The notes under the pieces were generated by a model. That model was not told where the DNA came from and searched no databases. It saw only the letters and a program-made list of their open reading frames with translations. This document shows positions 19,626 through 29,504 of a DNA stretch of 64,000 nt, in pieces (position 1 is the stretch's first letter; the number at the start of each line of letters is the position of its first letter). Origin of the DNA: an uncultured Gemmatimonadaceae bacterium (GTDB lineage Bacteria > Gemmatimonadota > Gemmatimonadetes > Gemmatimonadales > Gemmatimonadaceae); the NCBI GenBank assembly GCA_963740355.1, contig CAVUDW010000003.1, positions 1-64,000 on the forward strand, read 5' to 3'. A program made the position numbers and the translations under genes.

Positions 19626-21809
19626 TCAGATGAAGAGCGGTGCCATCACGAGGGTGATCGTGCTGAGGAGCTTGATGAGCACGTGGAGCGACGGACCTGC
19701 CGTGTCCTTGAACGGGTCGCCGACGGTATCGCCGACGACAGCGGCCTTGTGCGTGTCGCTCTTCTTGCCACCGTATACACCCGTCTCGATGTACTTCTTG
19801 GCATTGTCCCACGCGCCGCCGGCATTGTTGAGGAAGCCAGCCATCAGGATGCCAACCACGGTCGAGATCATGAGGAAGCCTGCCACCGCTTCGGCACCGA
19901 GACGTTCACCTGGGGCGCCGAGGGCCTTGAAGATCACGCCAACGAGAATCGGGAAGCTCACCACCAACGCACCCGGCAAAACCATCGCGCGCAACGCACC
20001 CTTCGTCACGATGTCCACGCAGGCGGCGTAGTCCGGCTTGTCGGTGCCGAGCATGATGCCCGGCTTCTCGCGGAACTGGCGACGGACCTCGGTGATGACC
20101 GACTGCGCCGCGGTGGACACGGCCTTCATCGCGAGCGACGAGAACCAGAACACGAGCATACCGCCGAGGAGGGCTGCAACGAACACCTGCGGCTTGGACA
20201 GGTCCACCGAAAGCGGCGAGCCGGTCATGTTCTTGACTTCGTCCAGGTAGGCCGAGAACAACAGGAAGGCCGCGAGTGCTGCCGAACCGATCGCATAACC
20301 CTTCGTCAACGCCTTCGTGGTATTGCCGACGGAGTCGAGTCGATCCGTCTTGTCGCGGATCTCCGGCGGCTGCTGCGACATCTCGACGATGCCACCCGCG
20401 TTGTCGGTGATCGGGCCGAAGACGTCCATCGCGAGGATGTAGCCGGCGGTGCCGAGCATGCCCATCGTCGCCACGGCCGTGCCGAACAGGCCACCGACTG
20501 CGACGCCATTCTCCATCAGGCCGCTGCTGCGTCCGATCATGAAGCTCGCGAGCAGTGCGATGCCGATCGTGATCACCGGCAGCACGGTCGATTCCATGCC
20601 GACGGCGAGGCCCATGATGATGTTCGTGGCCGGGCCAGTCTGGCTGGCATCGGCGATCGACAGCACGGGGCGATAGCGATACTCGGTGTAGTACTGCGTG
20701 ATGAACACGAATGCGATCGACGTCACGATGCCGATCAGGCCGCAGTAGAAGAAGCTGAGCCATGCATCTGGCGCTTCCGGTGTCTGGAGCAGCCACTTGG
20801 ACGTGAAGAAGAACATCACGGCAACCAGCACCGCGGTGATGTAGTAACCGCGGTTCAGCGCGGCCATCGGGTCCGCGTCTTCCTTGGTGCTGACGGTCAT
20901 GACACCGACGATCGAGCAGAGCAGGCCGAGCGCGCCGATCACGAGCGGGAACAGGATGCCGTTGATACCGAAGAACTTGAACAGTGCGACGCCGAGGATC
21001 ATGGCGCCGATGTTCTCTGCGGCGGTGCTTTCGAACAGGTCAGCGCCACGACCGGCGCAGTCACCGACGTTGTCGCCGACAAGGTCTGCGATGACGGCTG
21101 GATTGCGCGGATCGTCTTCTGGGATTCCCGCCTCGACCTTGCCGACGAGGTCAGCGCCGACGTCAGCGGCCTTGGTGTAGATGCCACCGCCCAGCTGCGC
21201 GAACAGTGCGACGAAGCTGGCACCAAAGCCATAACCCACGATCAGGAACGGAATCTTCGGGGCCCACTGATCAGCCGTCACGCCTGCCGGTGCGAGGAGC
21301 GTGATGATGGCGAACAGGCCACCGACGCCGAGTAACGACATCGACACCGTGAAGAGGCCAGACACCGCACCGCCGCGGAGCGCGGTCTGCAGCGCGGCAT
21401 TGAGCGACTGCATGGCAGCGCTGGCCACGCGAATGTTGGTGCGAATCGACACCCACATGCCCATGTAGCCGGCGATGCCGGAGCTCAGCGCGCCGAGGAA
21501 GAACGACAGCGTCACGAACAGCGCGAGCACTTTGGGATCGGAGACCGGGTCGCTGGGCGTGGTCTGTCGCAGCAATCCATAGCCGACGAAGAGCAGCGCC
21601 GCGACCACGATCGCGAGCAGCGAGATCGTCTTGTTCTGACGCGCCAGGTACGCCTCAGCGCCTTCCTGGATCGCATCGGAGATCGCCCGCATGGCGTCGG
21701 TTCCGGTGCCTCGCGCCAGCACCCAGCGCGCAAGGAACCCGGCAAACACGAGGGCGATGACACTTCCCCCAATGATGATGCCGAGCAGAGATGACTGCGA
21801 AGCGTTCAT
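19626..21809 (-). CDS. hppA: Membrane-integral pyrophosphatase, K+-independent H+-pumping type
   Basis: 'GGGIYTKAADVGADLVGKVE', 'EDDPRNPAVIADLVGDNVGD', 'GDTVGDPFKDTAGPS'; Lys in 'GNTTKA'. Confidence 0.93.
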   Translation of the reverse strand: MNASQSSLLGIIIGGSVIALVFAGFLARWVLARGTGTDAMRAISDAIQEGAEAYLARQNKTISLLAIVVAALLFVGYGLLRQTTPSDPVSDPKVLALFVTLSFFLGALSSGIAGYMGMWVSIRTNIRVASAAMQSLNAALQTALRGGAVSGLFTVSMSLLGVGGLFAIITLLAPAGVTADQWAPKIPFLIVGYGFGASFVALFAQLGGGIYTKAADVGADLVGKVEAGIPEDDPRNPAVIADLVGDNVGDCAGRGADLFESTAAENIGAMILGVALFKFFGINGILFPLVIGALGLLCSIVGVMTVSTKEDADPMAALNRGYYITAVLVAVMFFFTSKWLLQTPEAPDAWLSFFYCGLIGIVTSIAFVFITQYYTEYRYRPVLSIADASQTGPATNIIMGLAVGMESTVLPVITIGIALLASFMIGRSSGLMENGVAVGGLFGTAVATMGMLGTAGYILAMDVFGPITDNAGGIVEMSQQPPEIRDKTDRLDSVGNTTKALTKGYAIGSAALAAFLLFSAYLDEVKNMTGSPLSVDLSKPQVFVAALLGGMLVFWFSSLAMKAVSTAAQSVITEVRRQFREKPGIMLGTDKPDYAACVDIVTKGALRAMVLPGALVVSFPILVGVIFKALGAPGERLGAEAVAGFLMISTVVGILMAGFLNNAGGAWDNAKKYIETGVYGGKKSDTHKAAVVGDTVGDPFKDTAGPSLHVLIKLLSTITLVMAPLFI

Positions 21810-21834
21810 GACAGATTCTGAGTTTGGGGAAAAA

Positions 21835-23376
21835 TCAGGCGGCGGCGGTCGACTGACCGCGACGCGTCAGCAGGTACACGGGCAGTCCGAGCAAGACGAG
21901 CACCAGACCCGACACCGCTTGCGCGCGCGTCTTGTCGGCAAGCAGCAGGATCACGGCGACGCTACTACAGGCAACGATGTAGAGCGCGGGCAACACAGGA
22001 TACGCCAGCGCCTTGTACGGCCGCTCCGCATTGGGGCGGGAGCGCCGCAGCATGAAGAGGCCAGCGGTCGTCAATGCGTAGAAGGCGAGTTCGGCGAACA
22101 CGACATAGTCCAGCAGCTGCCCATACGTGCCGCTGAGACAGAGCAACGATGTCCACGCACCCTGCATGAGCATCGCGCGGGCAGGCACACCATTCTTGCT
22201 CAGCGTGCCGGCACTCTTGAAGAAGATTCCATCCTTCGCCATCGCGTAGAACACGCGCGAGCCGGCGAGAATCAATCCGTTGTTGCAGCCGAACGTCGAG
22301 ATGAGGATCAGGCACGCCATCACCGTGCCGGCGCTGGCACCGAAGATCATCTCGGCCGCCGCCACACCGACCCGATCCTGCGTCGCGTGTGCGATACCAC
22401 GGGCGAGCACCGTGGCCCCTTCCGCGCCGCCATTCATCGGCAGCACCAGCAGGTAGGCCAGGTTGCAGGTGACGTAGAGCAGCGTGACCATGCCAGTGCC
22501 GATCAACAGGGCGCGCGGCAGGTTGCGCTTCGGATCCTTCACTTCGCTGGCGGCGAATGTCACGCCGAGCCATGCCGTGCTGGAGAACAACGACCCCACC
22601 ATGGCGGTGCCGAAGGCGAGGATGAACGTCGAAGTGATCGGCACGTTCCCGAAGAAGTTTCCATTCGAGAAGTTGGCCGTGATCGCTTCGCTGTTGCGGC
22701 CGACGAGGATGCCGAGGACCACGATCATTGCGAGGCCGAGGAGCTTCGCGGCCGTCAACAACGTCTGCACCGTCTTGCCGCCTTCGACGCCGCGCAGGTT
22801 GATCCAGGTCAGCACCCAGAGGCTGAGCAGTGCGATCAAACGCTGCGGTGAAAGGCCCAGCTGAATCGCATTACCTGGCGCCTTGCACCCGAGCCACGAT
22901 ACGCAGAGATCCGCTTGCGGAAACCAGCTGAATCGATCGGGCGTGATGGAGGGCCAGAGCACGCCGAGGAATCGTCCGAAGGCGACTGCGACGGCGGCGA
23001 TTGTGCCCGTCTGGATGACCACGAACAGGGTCCACCCAAAAAGAAAGCCCATCACTGGGCCCATCGCTTCGCGAAGGAAGACGTACTGACCGCCCGCGCG
23101 CGGAAACATCGCGGCGAGTTCGGCGAGTGATAGCGCACCAGCGAGCGTGATGATACCGGTGAGGACCCACGCCATCAGCAGCCAGAATGGCGACGACACC
23201 GATCGGGCGATGTCGGCCGAGACGATGAAGATGCCGGAGCCGATCATGGAGCCCGCCACGAGCATTGCCGCGTCGGTCAGCGTGAGGGCGGCGACGAAGC
23301 CGGGCGCGGAAGGAGTGACACCGCCGGTATCACGCCTACTCGAGACGACCGCGCTGGTCTCGCGGGGCTGCGGCAT
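21835..23376 (-). CDS. APC-family amino acid permease
   Basis: 'GSMIGSGIFIVS', 'AELAAMFPRAGGQYVFL', 'EVKDPKRNLP', 'ERPYKALAYP'; start uncertain. Confidence 0.9.
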   Translation of the reverse strand: MPQPRETSAVVSSRRDTGGVTPSAPGFVAALTLTDAAMLVAGSMIGSGIFIVSADIARSVSSPFWLLMAWVLTGIITLAGALSLAELAAMFPRAGGQYVFLREAMGPVMGFLFGWTLFVVIQTGTIAAVAVAFGRFLGVLWPSITPDRFSWFPQADLCVSWLGCKAPGNAIQLGLSPQRLIALLSLWVLTWINLRGVEGGKTVQTLLTAAKLLGLAMIVVLGILVGRNSEAITANFSNGNFFGNVPITSTFILAFGTAMVGSLFSSTAWLGVTFAASEVKDPKRNLPRALLIGTGMVTLLYVTCNLAYLLVLPMNGGAEGATVLARGIAHATQDRVGVAAAEMIFGASAGTVMACLILISTFGCNNGLILAGSRVFYAMAKDGIFFKSAGTLSKNGVPARAMLMQGAWTSLLCLSGTYGQLLDYVVFAELAFYALTTAGLFMLRRSRPNAERPYKALAYPVLPALYIVACSSVAVILLLADKTRAQAVSGLVLVLLGLPVYLLTRRGQSTAAA

Positions 23377-23570
23377 GCGGGCTGGGCAAGGGGTAACCGT
23401 CTGGACGCGCCCGCGGCGGCACGGGCGAAAGAATGCGGCAAGGTATGCACGGGATCGGCTCGGAACCAGTTGTCACTGCAGCAAATAGCCCAACTCGCCG
23501 CCCGTCGGAGACACCCACGCCGTGGCGTGAAAAGTAGCGGAAACACGAAGGGCGGACCGCTTGGCCCGCC

Positions 23571-24443
23571 CTAGAGAAGAATCTCGTACCGGTAGGTGAA
23601 CTTCACCGGTTGTCCGTTTGCTCGCACCGCGGGTCTGAATCGTTGTTCTCGCAGGCTGGTGAGGAACTGGTCGTCATATCCGCCATCGCCGGATCGCGGC
23701 GAGAACTCAGCCGTGAGCACCTTGCCCGTCTCATCGACCTCGAGCTCGATGACGATGGTCTTGCCGCGCAGCCGGCGCGGCGTGCCGTTCGGCGGCACGA
23801 ACAACGCGCGCGGCGTCGGCGGATAGATCGTGGCATTGCCGCCGCCGGTACCGGAGCCGATCGCGGAGCCCGTCCCGGTTCCGACGCCTGACCCGTTGCC
23901 TCCGCCGGTGCCCGGACCGTTGCCTGGGCCCGCGTCAGTCCCTGCACCAGCGCCGGCGCCCGTGCCTGGTGCCGGCGTTGCCGGTGTCACTGCAGGCGCA
24001 GGTGTCGGCGTCGGCGGCGCCGCAGCGGCGGGCGGCGGTGTCGGTTCGACCTTCGGCGTTTCGACCGGCTTCTTCACTTCAGGCACCGGCGCGATCGGCG
24101 GCAACACACTCGGCGTGGACTTCACCGGCGGTGCTGGCAACTGATACTGCTGAATGCGCTCCGGAATCACCGGCGCGCCGCCACGACCGCCACCGCCACC
24201 ACCTGCGGCACCGGGACCGCCAGCGCCGTCGGTCAGTGCGTCGGTGATTTCACGATGGAAGAAGGCCGGCAGCAACAGCAACACGACGACCAACAGGTGC
24301 GAGAGCACCGAGATGATGGCGCCGCGTCGTCGATTTTCCTTGAGCGCACCTTCGGGTACGCCAATCAGCGGGCGCAGCTTCGGCCGCTCACCAGGATGGC
24401 GCGGCGTGACGTCGGCGGATTCCGGGAGGCTGCTATCGTGCAT
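23571..24443 (-). CDS. TonB-family energy transducer (Pro/Gly-rich linker)
   Basis: TM 'ISVLSHLLVV' (SxxxH), Pro-rich and GxGxG-repeat linker, C-domain 'IELEVDETGKV...RFRPAVRANGQPV'. Confidence 0.8.
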   Translation of the reverse strand: MHDSSLPESADVTPRHPGERPKLRPLIGVPEGALKENRRRGAIISVLSHLLVVVLLLLPAFFHREITDALTDGAGGPGAAGGGGGGRGGAPVIPERIQQYQLPAPPVKSTPSVLPPIAPVPEVKKPVETPKVEPTPPPAAAAPPTPTPAPAVTPATPAPGTGAGAGAGTDAGPGNGPGTGGGNGSGVGTGTGSAIGSGTGGGNATIYPPTPRALFVPPNGTPRRLRGKTIVIELEVDETGKVLTAEFSPRSGDGGYDDQFLTSLREQRFRPAVRANGQPVKFTYRYEILL

Positions 24444-24516
24444 CGGCGGGGTGCGGGGGGAGTCGAACTCTCATTCTACGCTCGCCGGGGGCGGAAAGGT
24501 TCGTCCCCGCAACGAG

Positions 24517-24550
24517 AGTGGGCGACCAAGCCGAAGCCGGGTCGCCCACT
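24517..24550. terminator. Hairpin between exbD and the second tonB
   Basis: agtgggcgacc ... ggtcgcccact perfect 11-bp stem. Confidence 0.55.
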
Positions 24551-24572
24551 GACGATGCCATGACGGACCTGA

Positions 24573-24989
24573 TTACGGCGCCGTCTTGGGCATGTGACCG
24601 ATGACCTTCACGCCAGCCCCACGGGCGACGTCCATGGCGTAGATCACGTCCTGATACACGGCCGTGGAATCGCCCTTGATGAAGATCAGCTTGTCCGGAC
24701 GGGGATCGTAGATCTCCTTGAGGCGCTTGCCGAGATTTTCCCGCGGCTGTTCCTCGGCGTTGATCTTGAACTTCCCGCCTGGCATCACAGTCAACACGAT
24801 GTTCTGCGGCGGCGGGCCCGGAGGGGTCGGCTGCGGCGTCGGATCGGGGAGCTGGACGTCGATCGTCTTGCGGGCCATCGGCACGATGACCATGAAGATG
24901 ATGAGGAGCACGAGCAGCACGTCGATCATCGGTGTCACGTTGATGTCGTTCGTCAGCCCGCCTTCCCCACTGTCAGCGCTCATCGCCAT
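24573..24989 (-). CDS. exbD: ExbD/TolR biopolymer transport protein
   Basis: 'INVTPMIDVLLVLLIIFM', 'IFIKGD...YQDV..AMD..RGAG'. Confidence 0.92.
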   Translation of the reverse strand: MAMSADSGEGGLTNDINVTPMIDVLLVLLIIFMVIVPMARKTIDVQLPDPTPQPTPPGPPPQNIVLTVMPGGKFKINAEEQPRENLGKRLKEIYDPRPDKLIFIKGDSTAVYQDVIYAMDVARGAGVKVIGHMPKTAP

Positions 24990-25483
24990 TAGGGCTTCTT
25001 GCCTCCGCTAAGGTCGAGAGGATTACCGCCGGCCTTCGGCGAGTCGCCGGCGACCGTTGATTCCGTCCCTGGCGTCTGGTCGGTGATCAGGCCCGACACA
25101 CGCACACCGCCCTTGGCGATGATGTCGAGTGCGTCCTGCACCTTGTAGTACGCCAAACCGGCATCGGCCTTCACATACATGATCTTGTCGATCGTGCGTG
25201 CATCGTAGATCTGCTTCACCAGCTGCTCAAGATCCGCGTTGTTGATCGGCTTCTTGTTCAGGTAGTACTTGCCCTCGGCGTCAATGCCCAGCACCTGGTC
25301 GGCATTTTCATCTTCGGGATGCGCCTTGATGTTCTGGCCCTTTGGCGGGGTCGCCTTGAAGCCAGCAGCAATCTGTGGCACCACGATCATGAAGATGATC
25401 AGGAGCACGAGCATGACGTCGATCATCGGGGTGACGTTCGGTTCGGCCTTGACCGAACCGCCGCCGCCTGCGGACATCCCCAT
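24989..25483 (-). CDS. exbD: ExbD/TolR biopolymer transport protein
   Basis: 'PNVTPMIDVMLVLLIIFM', 'MYVKADAGLAY..V'. Confidence 0.92.
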   Translation of the reverse strand: MGMSAGGGGSVKAEPNVTPMIDVMLVLLIIFMIVVPQIAAGFKATPPKGQNIKAHPEDENADQVLGIDAEGKYYLNKKPINNADLEQLVKQIYDARTIDKIMYVKADAGLAYYKVQDALDIIAKGGVRVSGLITDQTPGTESTVAGDSPKAGGNPLDLSGGKKP

Positions 25484-25515
25484 GGTTGACGCTCCCCGTT
25501 ATCGGTGGGTCAGGC

Positions 25516-26250
25516 TCAGGTGAGCGGCTTCTGGCCGCCAGCCGTCGTGTTGAACTCGCGCGTGAAGCGGGAGCGGCCGAACTCGCCCGACACACCCTTG
25601 ATGAGATAGTCGATCATCTCCTTCGAGGTGTACGTCATTTCTGCGGTGAGGTTGTCGATCTTGGTCTGGAAGTAGTTGTACGCCCACACTGCCGGGATGG
25701 CCACGATGAGGCCGAAGGCGGTGGTGATGAGGGCTTCGGCGACACCGGCCGAGATCGAGGCGATACCGCCTGACCCGGAAGCGGCCATGCCCGTGAAGGC
25801 GTTCACGATACCCATCGTCGTACCGAGCAGACCGACGAACGGCGCCGTTGCACCGACCGTTGCGAGCACTGCGTTACCGCGCTTCAGGCCGACGATCGTC
25901 ATCAGCATTTCACGCTCGACTGCGCGCTCTGCCGTGTTGATGTCCGACACCGTCACCGAGCCATCCTGGATCAGCGGGCGGATTTCGCCGAGGGCGCCGC
26001 CGAGCACGCGGGCGACATGCGACTTCTTGTAGGTCTCAGCCAGCTTGATCGCTTCGCCGAGGTTGTCCTCTTCGAGGAACTGCGAGAACTCAGGCGCGAA
26101 CTTGAGCGTCTCGGCCTTGGCGGCGCGGAGCGACCACCACTTCGAGAACATCACCGTGAGGGACCAGATGGACATTGCGAACAGGGTGAACACGATACCC
26201 TTCGCAAACATACCCATCGAGTTGTACAGCTCGATCAACGACATGTTCAT
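25516..26250 (-). CDS. exbB: MotA/TolQ/ExbB proton channel
   Basis: 'LATVGATAPFVGLLGTTMGI', 'GVAEALITTAFGLIVAIPA'. Confidence 0.93.
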   Translation of the reverse strand: MNMSLIELYNSMGMFAKGIVFTLFAMSIWSLTVMFSKWWSLRAAKAETLKFAPEFSQFLEEDNLGEAIKLAETYKKSHVARVLGGALGEIRPLIQDGSVTVSDINTAERAVEREMLMTIVGLKRGNAVLATVGATAPFVGLLGTTMGIVNAFTGMAASGSGGIASISAGVAEALITTAFGLIVAIPAVWAYNYFQTKIDNLTAEMTYTSKEMIDYLIKGVSGEFGRSRFTREFNTTAGGQKPLT

Positions 26251-26304
26251 GGGAAACTCTCAGCGCAGAAGATTGAGGATGAGAAACCGGAGGGGATCCG
26301 GCGA

Positions 26305-27015
26305 CTACTTGTTCAGCGCGAACGCGAACGGCTGCTGCACCAACATGCGGACCTTGCGGCCGCCGATTTCTGCCGGCAGGAAGCGCATACGCGGCAACGC
26401 CGCGCGCACGGCCTGTCCGAATGCGTCATGCGACGCACGCAGCACCTTGAACGAGCCGAGTTCGGCACGGCCGGTGGTGTCCACGATGAACTGCACCAGC
26501 GCTTCGCCTTCGACGCCCGAGCTCTTCAGCATTTCGGGATAGGCTGGCGATCCGCTGCCCGGAATGGCCGCTGCGGCCTTTTCCACCTGGAAGTCGAAGT
26601 ACGGCTGGTCGCTGATGACAGGACCGGTGCCGCCTTCCACACCCTTCGCCACGCCGCCCTGGACGCCCTTGCCGCTGAAGTCCGCTTCATCGGTCGCCTT
26701 GCGGCTCAGGTCGACGTCCGGAATCACATCCGGCACTTCGATGGGCGGCGTCAGCACCTGGAAGCCCTTCGGCGGGGCAACCTGAGCAACCTGCTGCACC
26801 TGCTTCGGTTGCTCCTTCGGCTTCTCCGGTTCCGGCTCCTTCTTGGTCTCCGTGAGGACGACCTTCTCCTCTTTCGGCTTCTCGAGCGCGTCTGCCGTCT
26901 TCTTGGTCAGCACGACCGCTGCAGCGATCAGCACGGTGTGCAGGATGACCGAGATCACCGTGCCGCCAGTGCTGCGCTGCTTCTTCGCCTTCGTTTCCAG
27001 CAATTGGTCGAACAT
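26305..27015 (-). CDS. tonB: TonB energy transducer
   Basis: 'ISVILHTVL' TM, EP/KP-rich linker, 'PAYPEMLKSSGVEGEALVQFIVDTTG', 'RFLPAEIGGRKV'. Confidence 0.92.
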   Translation of the reverse strand: MFDQLLETKAKKQRSTGGTVISVILHTVLIAAAVVLTKKTADALEKPKEEKVVLTETKKEPEPEKPKEQPKQVQQVAQVAPPKGFQVLTPPIEVPDVIPDVDLSRKATDEADFSGKGVQGGVAKGVEGGTGPVISDQPYFDFQVEKAAAAIPGSGSPAYPEMLKSSGVEGEALVQFIVDTTGRAELGSFKVLRASHDAFGQAVRAALPRMRFLPAEIGGRKVRMLVQQPFAFALNK

Positions 27016-27200
27016 CCACCCTCTCCATTACACGGATGATGGTCGAACGGGACCTCGCAATAGTGCCAGCGCGGCAGCGTTAAGGCGACGGGTGGCGGAT
27101 TACGATTTGCTTAAGCGTCCGTGACGCGCGGCGCATGTTCGTCGTCAGGCGGCAACTCGTGCCGCTTGCGTTCCGGACGCGTCTGTGATACGCGCCACCG

Positions 27201-27307
27201 TTCTTGCGACGGCGTCATCATTTCTTTCAAGATCTCTGACCCCTTGATCGCACCCCCTTCTTGCGACGGCGTCATCATTTCTTTCAAGATCTCTGACCCC
27301 TTGATCG
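27201..27307. repeat. Two perfect 50-bp direct repeats separated by 7 bp
   Basis: ttcttgcgacggcgtcatcatttctttcaagatctctgaccccttgatcg at 27201-27250 and 27258-27307, spacer caccccc. Confidence 0.95.
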
Positions 27308-27325
27308 GGGCCGCACGAACGCCGC

Positions 27326-28828
27326 TCAGGCCACGCGCGGCGGCGGCACCTCAGCGCGCGATTCGTCGCCGCGGCCGGCATCACGCCGCACCGCACCCGG
27401 CAGCGTGAGCGTGAAGGTGCTGCCCCGACCGAGCCGACTCTGCGCGGTGAGCGTGCCGCCGTGGGCCTGGGCGATGTACTGGCTGATGGCGAGGCCAAGC
27501 CCCGTGCCGCCTCGACCACTCTTGCGCGACCGGGCGCGATCAGCACGCCAGAACCGCTCGAAGATGAACGGCAGGTCCGCCGCCGCGATGCCCATGCCGG
27601 TGTCCTTCACCGTGATGATGGCGGAGCCCTGATCCGCAGCGAGGGACAGCTCCACGGTGCCGCCAACCGTGGTGTACTTGATCGCGTTTTCGACGAGGTT
27701 CAGCAGCAGCTGTCGGAGTCGGGGCGCATCGCCCTCAACCGTCAGCGGCTCACACTCGGTCACCTGGACTGCGATCCCGTTCGGCTCGCCAAGAATCGTG
27801 GCGGTTTCCGCGATGTCGCGCAGCATGGAATCGAGCAGCACGACGTCCCGCACGAGGTCGAAACGGCCTTCATCCGCGCGCGCCAGGCTGAGCAGGCTGT
27901 TCACCAGGTCCGCCATGCGCGTGACTTCGTTGAGCGCCTCCTCGAGGAACTCCATCTGCTCATTCGAGCCGCGCTTCGCCATCATGGCGCGCTCGATGCT
28001 GGCGCGCAGCACGGTAAGTGGCGTCTTCAGCTCGTGACTGGCGTCGGCGGTGAATCGGCGCAGTCCACCGAAGCTGTTCTCCAGTCGGCCGATCATCGCA
28101 TTGAGCGTGCTGGTGAGGCGCGCCAGCTCGTCGCCCTTGGCGTCGGCGCCACCCAATCGGCGATGCAGCGATCGACCGTCGGTGATCGCTTCCAGTTCGC
28201 TGATGATGGAGGTGATCGGTCGCACCGCCACACCGCCGATGAAATATGCGGCCGTGCCGCCAATCACCAGCACGACTGGCGCCAACATCAGCATCGAGCG
28301 CAGGAGATCGAGCCAGAGCGCTTCCGTGGTGCTGGTGGAACTGCCGGCGACGATGCGCTCGATCGGCGTCGAGGGATCGTTCTCGAGGCGCGCCGAAAGG
28401 AAGATCTGATCGGAGCGCAGCGTGAGCAGGCTGGCGGTGGTGCCGGCCTCGATGTCGAGCGCACTCTCCTGCAGCGACGACAGGTCGGTGGCCGGCAGGG
28501 CTCGCGCCTTCTCCGACACGTAGACGGCGCGGCCAGCGGTGTCGAGCACGAGCAGATAGTCGGGAATGACTTCCATCGCGCTCGCCACCTCGGGCACCAG
28601 CTGCGCGCCAACCAACGAGTCGCGCGTGATGGTGACCGGTCCCTTGCTCTCGGCCTGCATGATGATGCGGATCGCCAACTCGGCCTGCGATTGCACATAC
28701 CGCTGCAGTTCGCGGTAGTAGGCGGAGTCCTTGCGCCCGATCCAGATGCCGCCCGCGAAGACGCTGACTGAAATCAGCAGCGCGAACACGAACAGCAGCG
28801 TCACACGCGCCCGGATCGAACGAATCAC
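27326..28828 (-). CDS. HAMP-domain sensor histidine kinase
   Basis: Two TMs, HAMP 'DELARLTSTLNAM', H-box 'FTADASHELKTPL', 'NLVENAIKY', 'DTGMGI', 'GGTGLGLAI'. Confidence 0.95.
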   Translation of the reverse strand: MIRSIRARVTLLFVFALLISVSVFAGGIWIGRKDSAYYRELQRYVQSQAELAIRIIMQAESKGPVTITRDSLVGAQLVPEVASAMEVIPDYLLVLDTAGRAVYVSEKARALPATDLSSLQESALDIEAGTTASLLTLRSDQIFLSARLENDPSTPIERIVAGSSTSTTEALWLDLLRSMLMLAPVVLVIGGTAAYFIGGVAVRPITSIISELEAITDGRSLHRRLGGADAKGDELARLTSTLNAMIGRLENSFGGLRRFTADASHELKTPLTVLRASIERAMMAKRGSNEQMEFLEEALNEVTRMADLVNSLLSLARADEGRFDLVRDVVLLDSMLRDIAETATILGEPNGIAVQVTECEPLTVEGDAPRLRQLLLNLVENAIKYTTVGGTVELSLAADQGSAIITVKDTGMGIAAADLPFIFERFWRADRARSRKSGRGGTGLGLAISQYIAQAHGGTLTAQSRLGRGSTFTLTLPGAVRRDAGRGDESRAEVPPPRVA

Positions 28829-28832
28829 GACA

Positions 28833-29504
28833 TCACTCCTTGATCACGTATCCCACGCCACGCACGGTGCCAATCAGCTTCTGGTCGTGGTTGGCATCGA
28901 CCTTCTTGCGCAGGTGCGTGATCACCACATCGACGATGTTGGTGCCCGGATCGAAGTGATACCCCCAGGCGTACTCGGTGATCAACGTGCGGCTCATGAC
29001 GCGGCCCGGGTGGCGCATGAGGTATTCGAGCACCTTGAACTCCTTCGGCGTGAGCTCGATCCGGACGCCACTGCGGGTGACCTCGCGTGTGTCGAGGTCG
29101 ACCACGAGGTCGGCGATCTCGAGGCGCGGCGACGCCAGCTGACGCGGCCGGCGTGACAGGGCCTCGATGCGCGCGAGCAGTTCCTCGAAGGCGAACGGCT
29201 TGGTGACGTAGTCGTCGGCGCCCGCGCGCAGTGTCTGCACCTTGGCATCGACGGCGTCCTGCGCGGTCAGCACGAGGACCGGGCGCTGGAAACCACGCGA
29301 GCGGAGCGTGCGCAGCACCGACAGGCCATCCTTTCCCGGCAGGCGCATGTCGAGGATGATGAGGTCGTATGCGTCGCCCTGCCCCGCGGCGCGTTCGCCC
29401 GACTCACCGTCGGCTTCGAGATCAACGGTCCACTGTTGCTCCTCGAGGCCGCGCTTCACGAACTGCCCAACGATCGGGTCGTCTTCGATGACGAGGATGC
29501 GCAT
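28833..29504 (-). CDS. OmpR-family response regulator
   Basis: 'MRILVIEDD', 'ILDMRLPG.DG', 'GADDYVTKPF', 'LTPKEF..LEYL', 'TVRGVGY'. Confidence 0.96.
   Translation of the reverse strand: MRILVIEDDPIVGQFVKRGLEEQQWTVDLEADGESGERAAGQGDAYDLIILDMRLPGKDGLSVLRTLRSRGFQRPVLVLTAQDAVDAKVQTLRAGADDYVTKPFAFEELLARIEALSRRPRQLASPRLEIADLVVDLDTREVTRSGVRIELTPKEFKVLEYLMRHPGRVMSRTLITEYAWGYHFDPGTNIVDVVITHLRKKVDANHDQKLIGTVRGVGYVIKE

Noticed and set aside
18056..22851. Long plus-strand ORFs (507, 629, 386 aa) and similar ones at 32734, 35355, 36773, 38222, 45673, 57263
   Set aside because: Antisense shadows of well-supported genes, typical of high-GC codon usage; no recognisable motifs
27049..27070. Sigma-54 promoter upstream of tonB (TGGCACTATTGC)
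   Set aside because: GG to GC spacing is 7 nt, not the required 10
27201..27307. Mini-CRISPR
   Set aside because: Only two repeats with a 7-bp spacer
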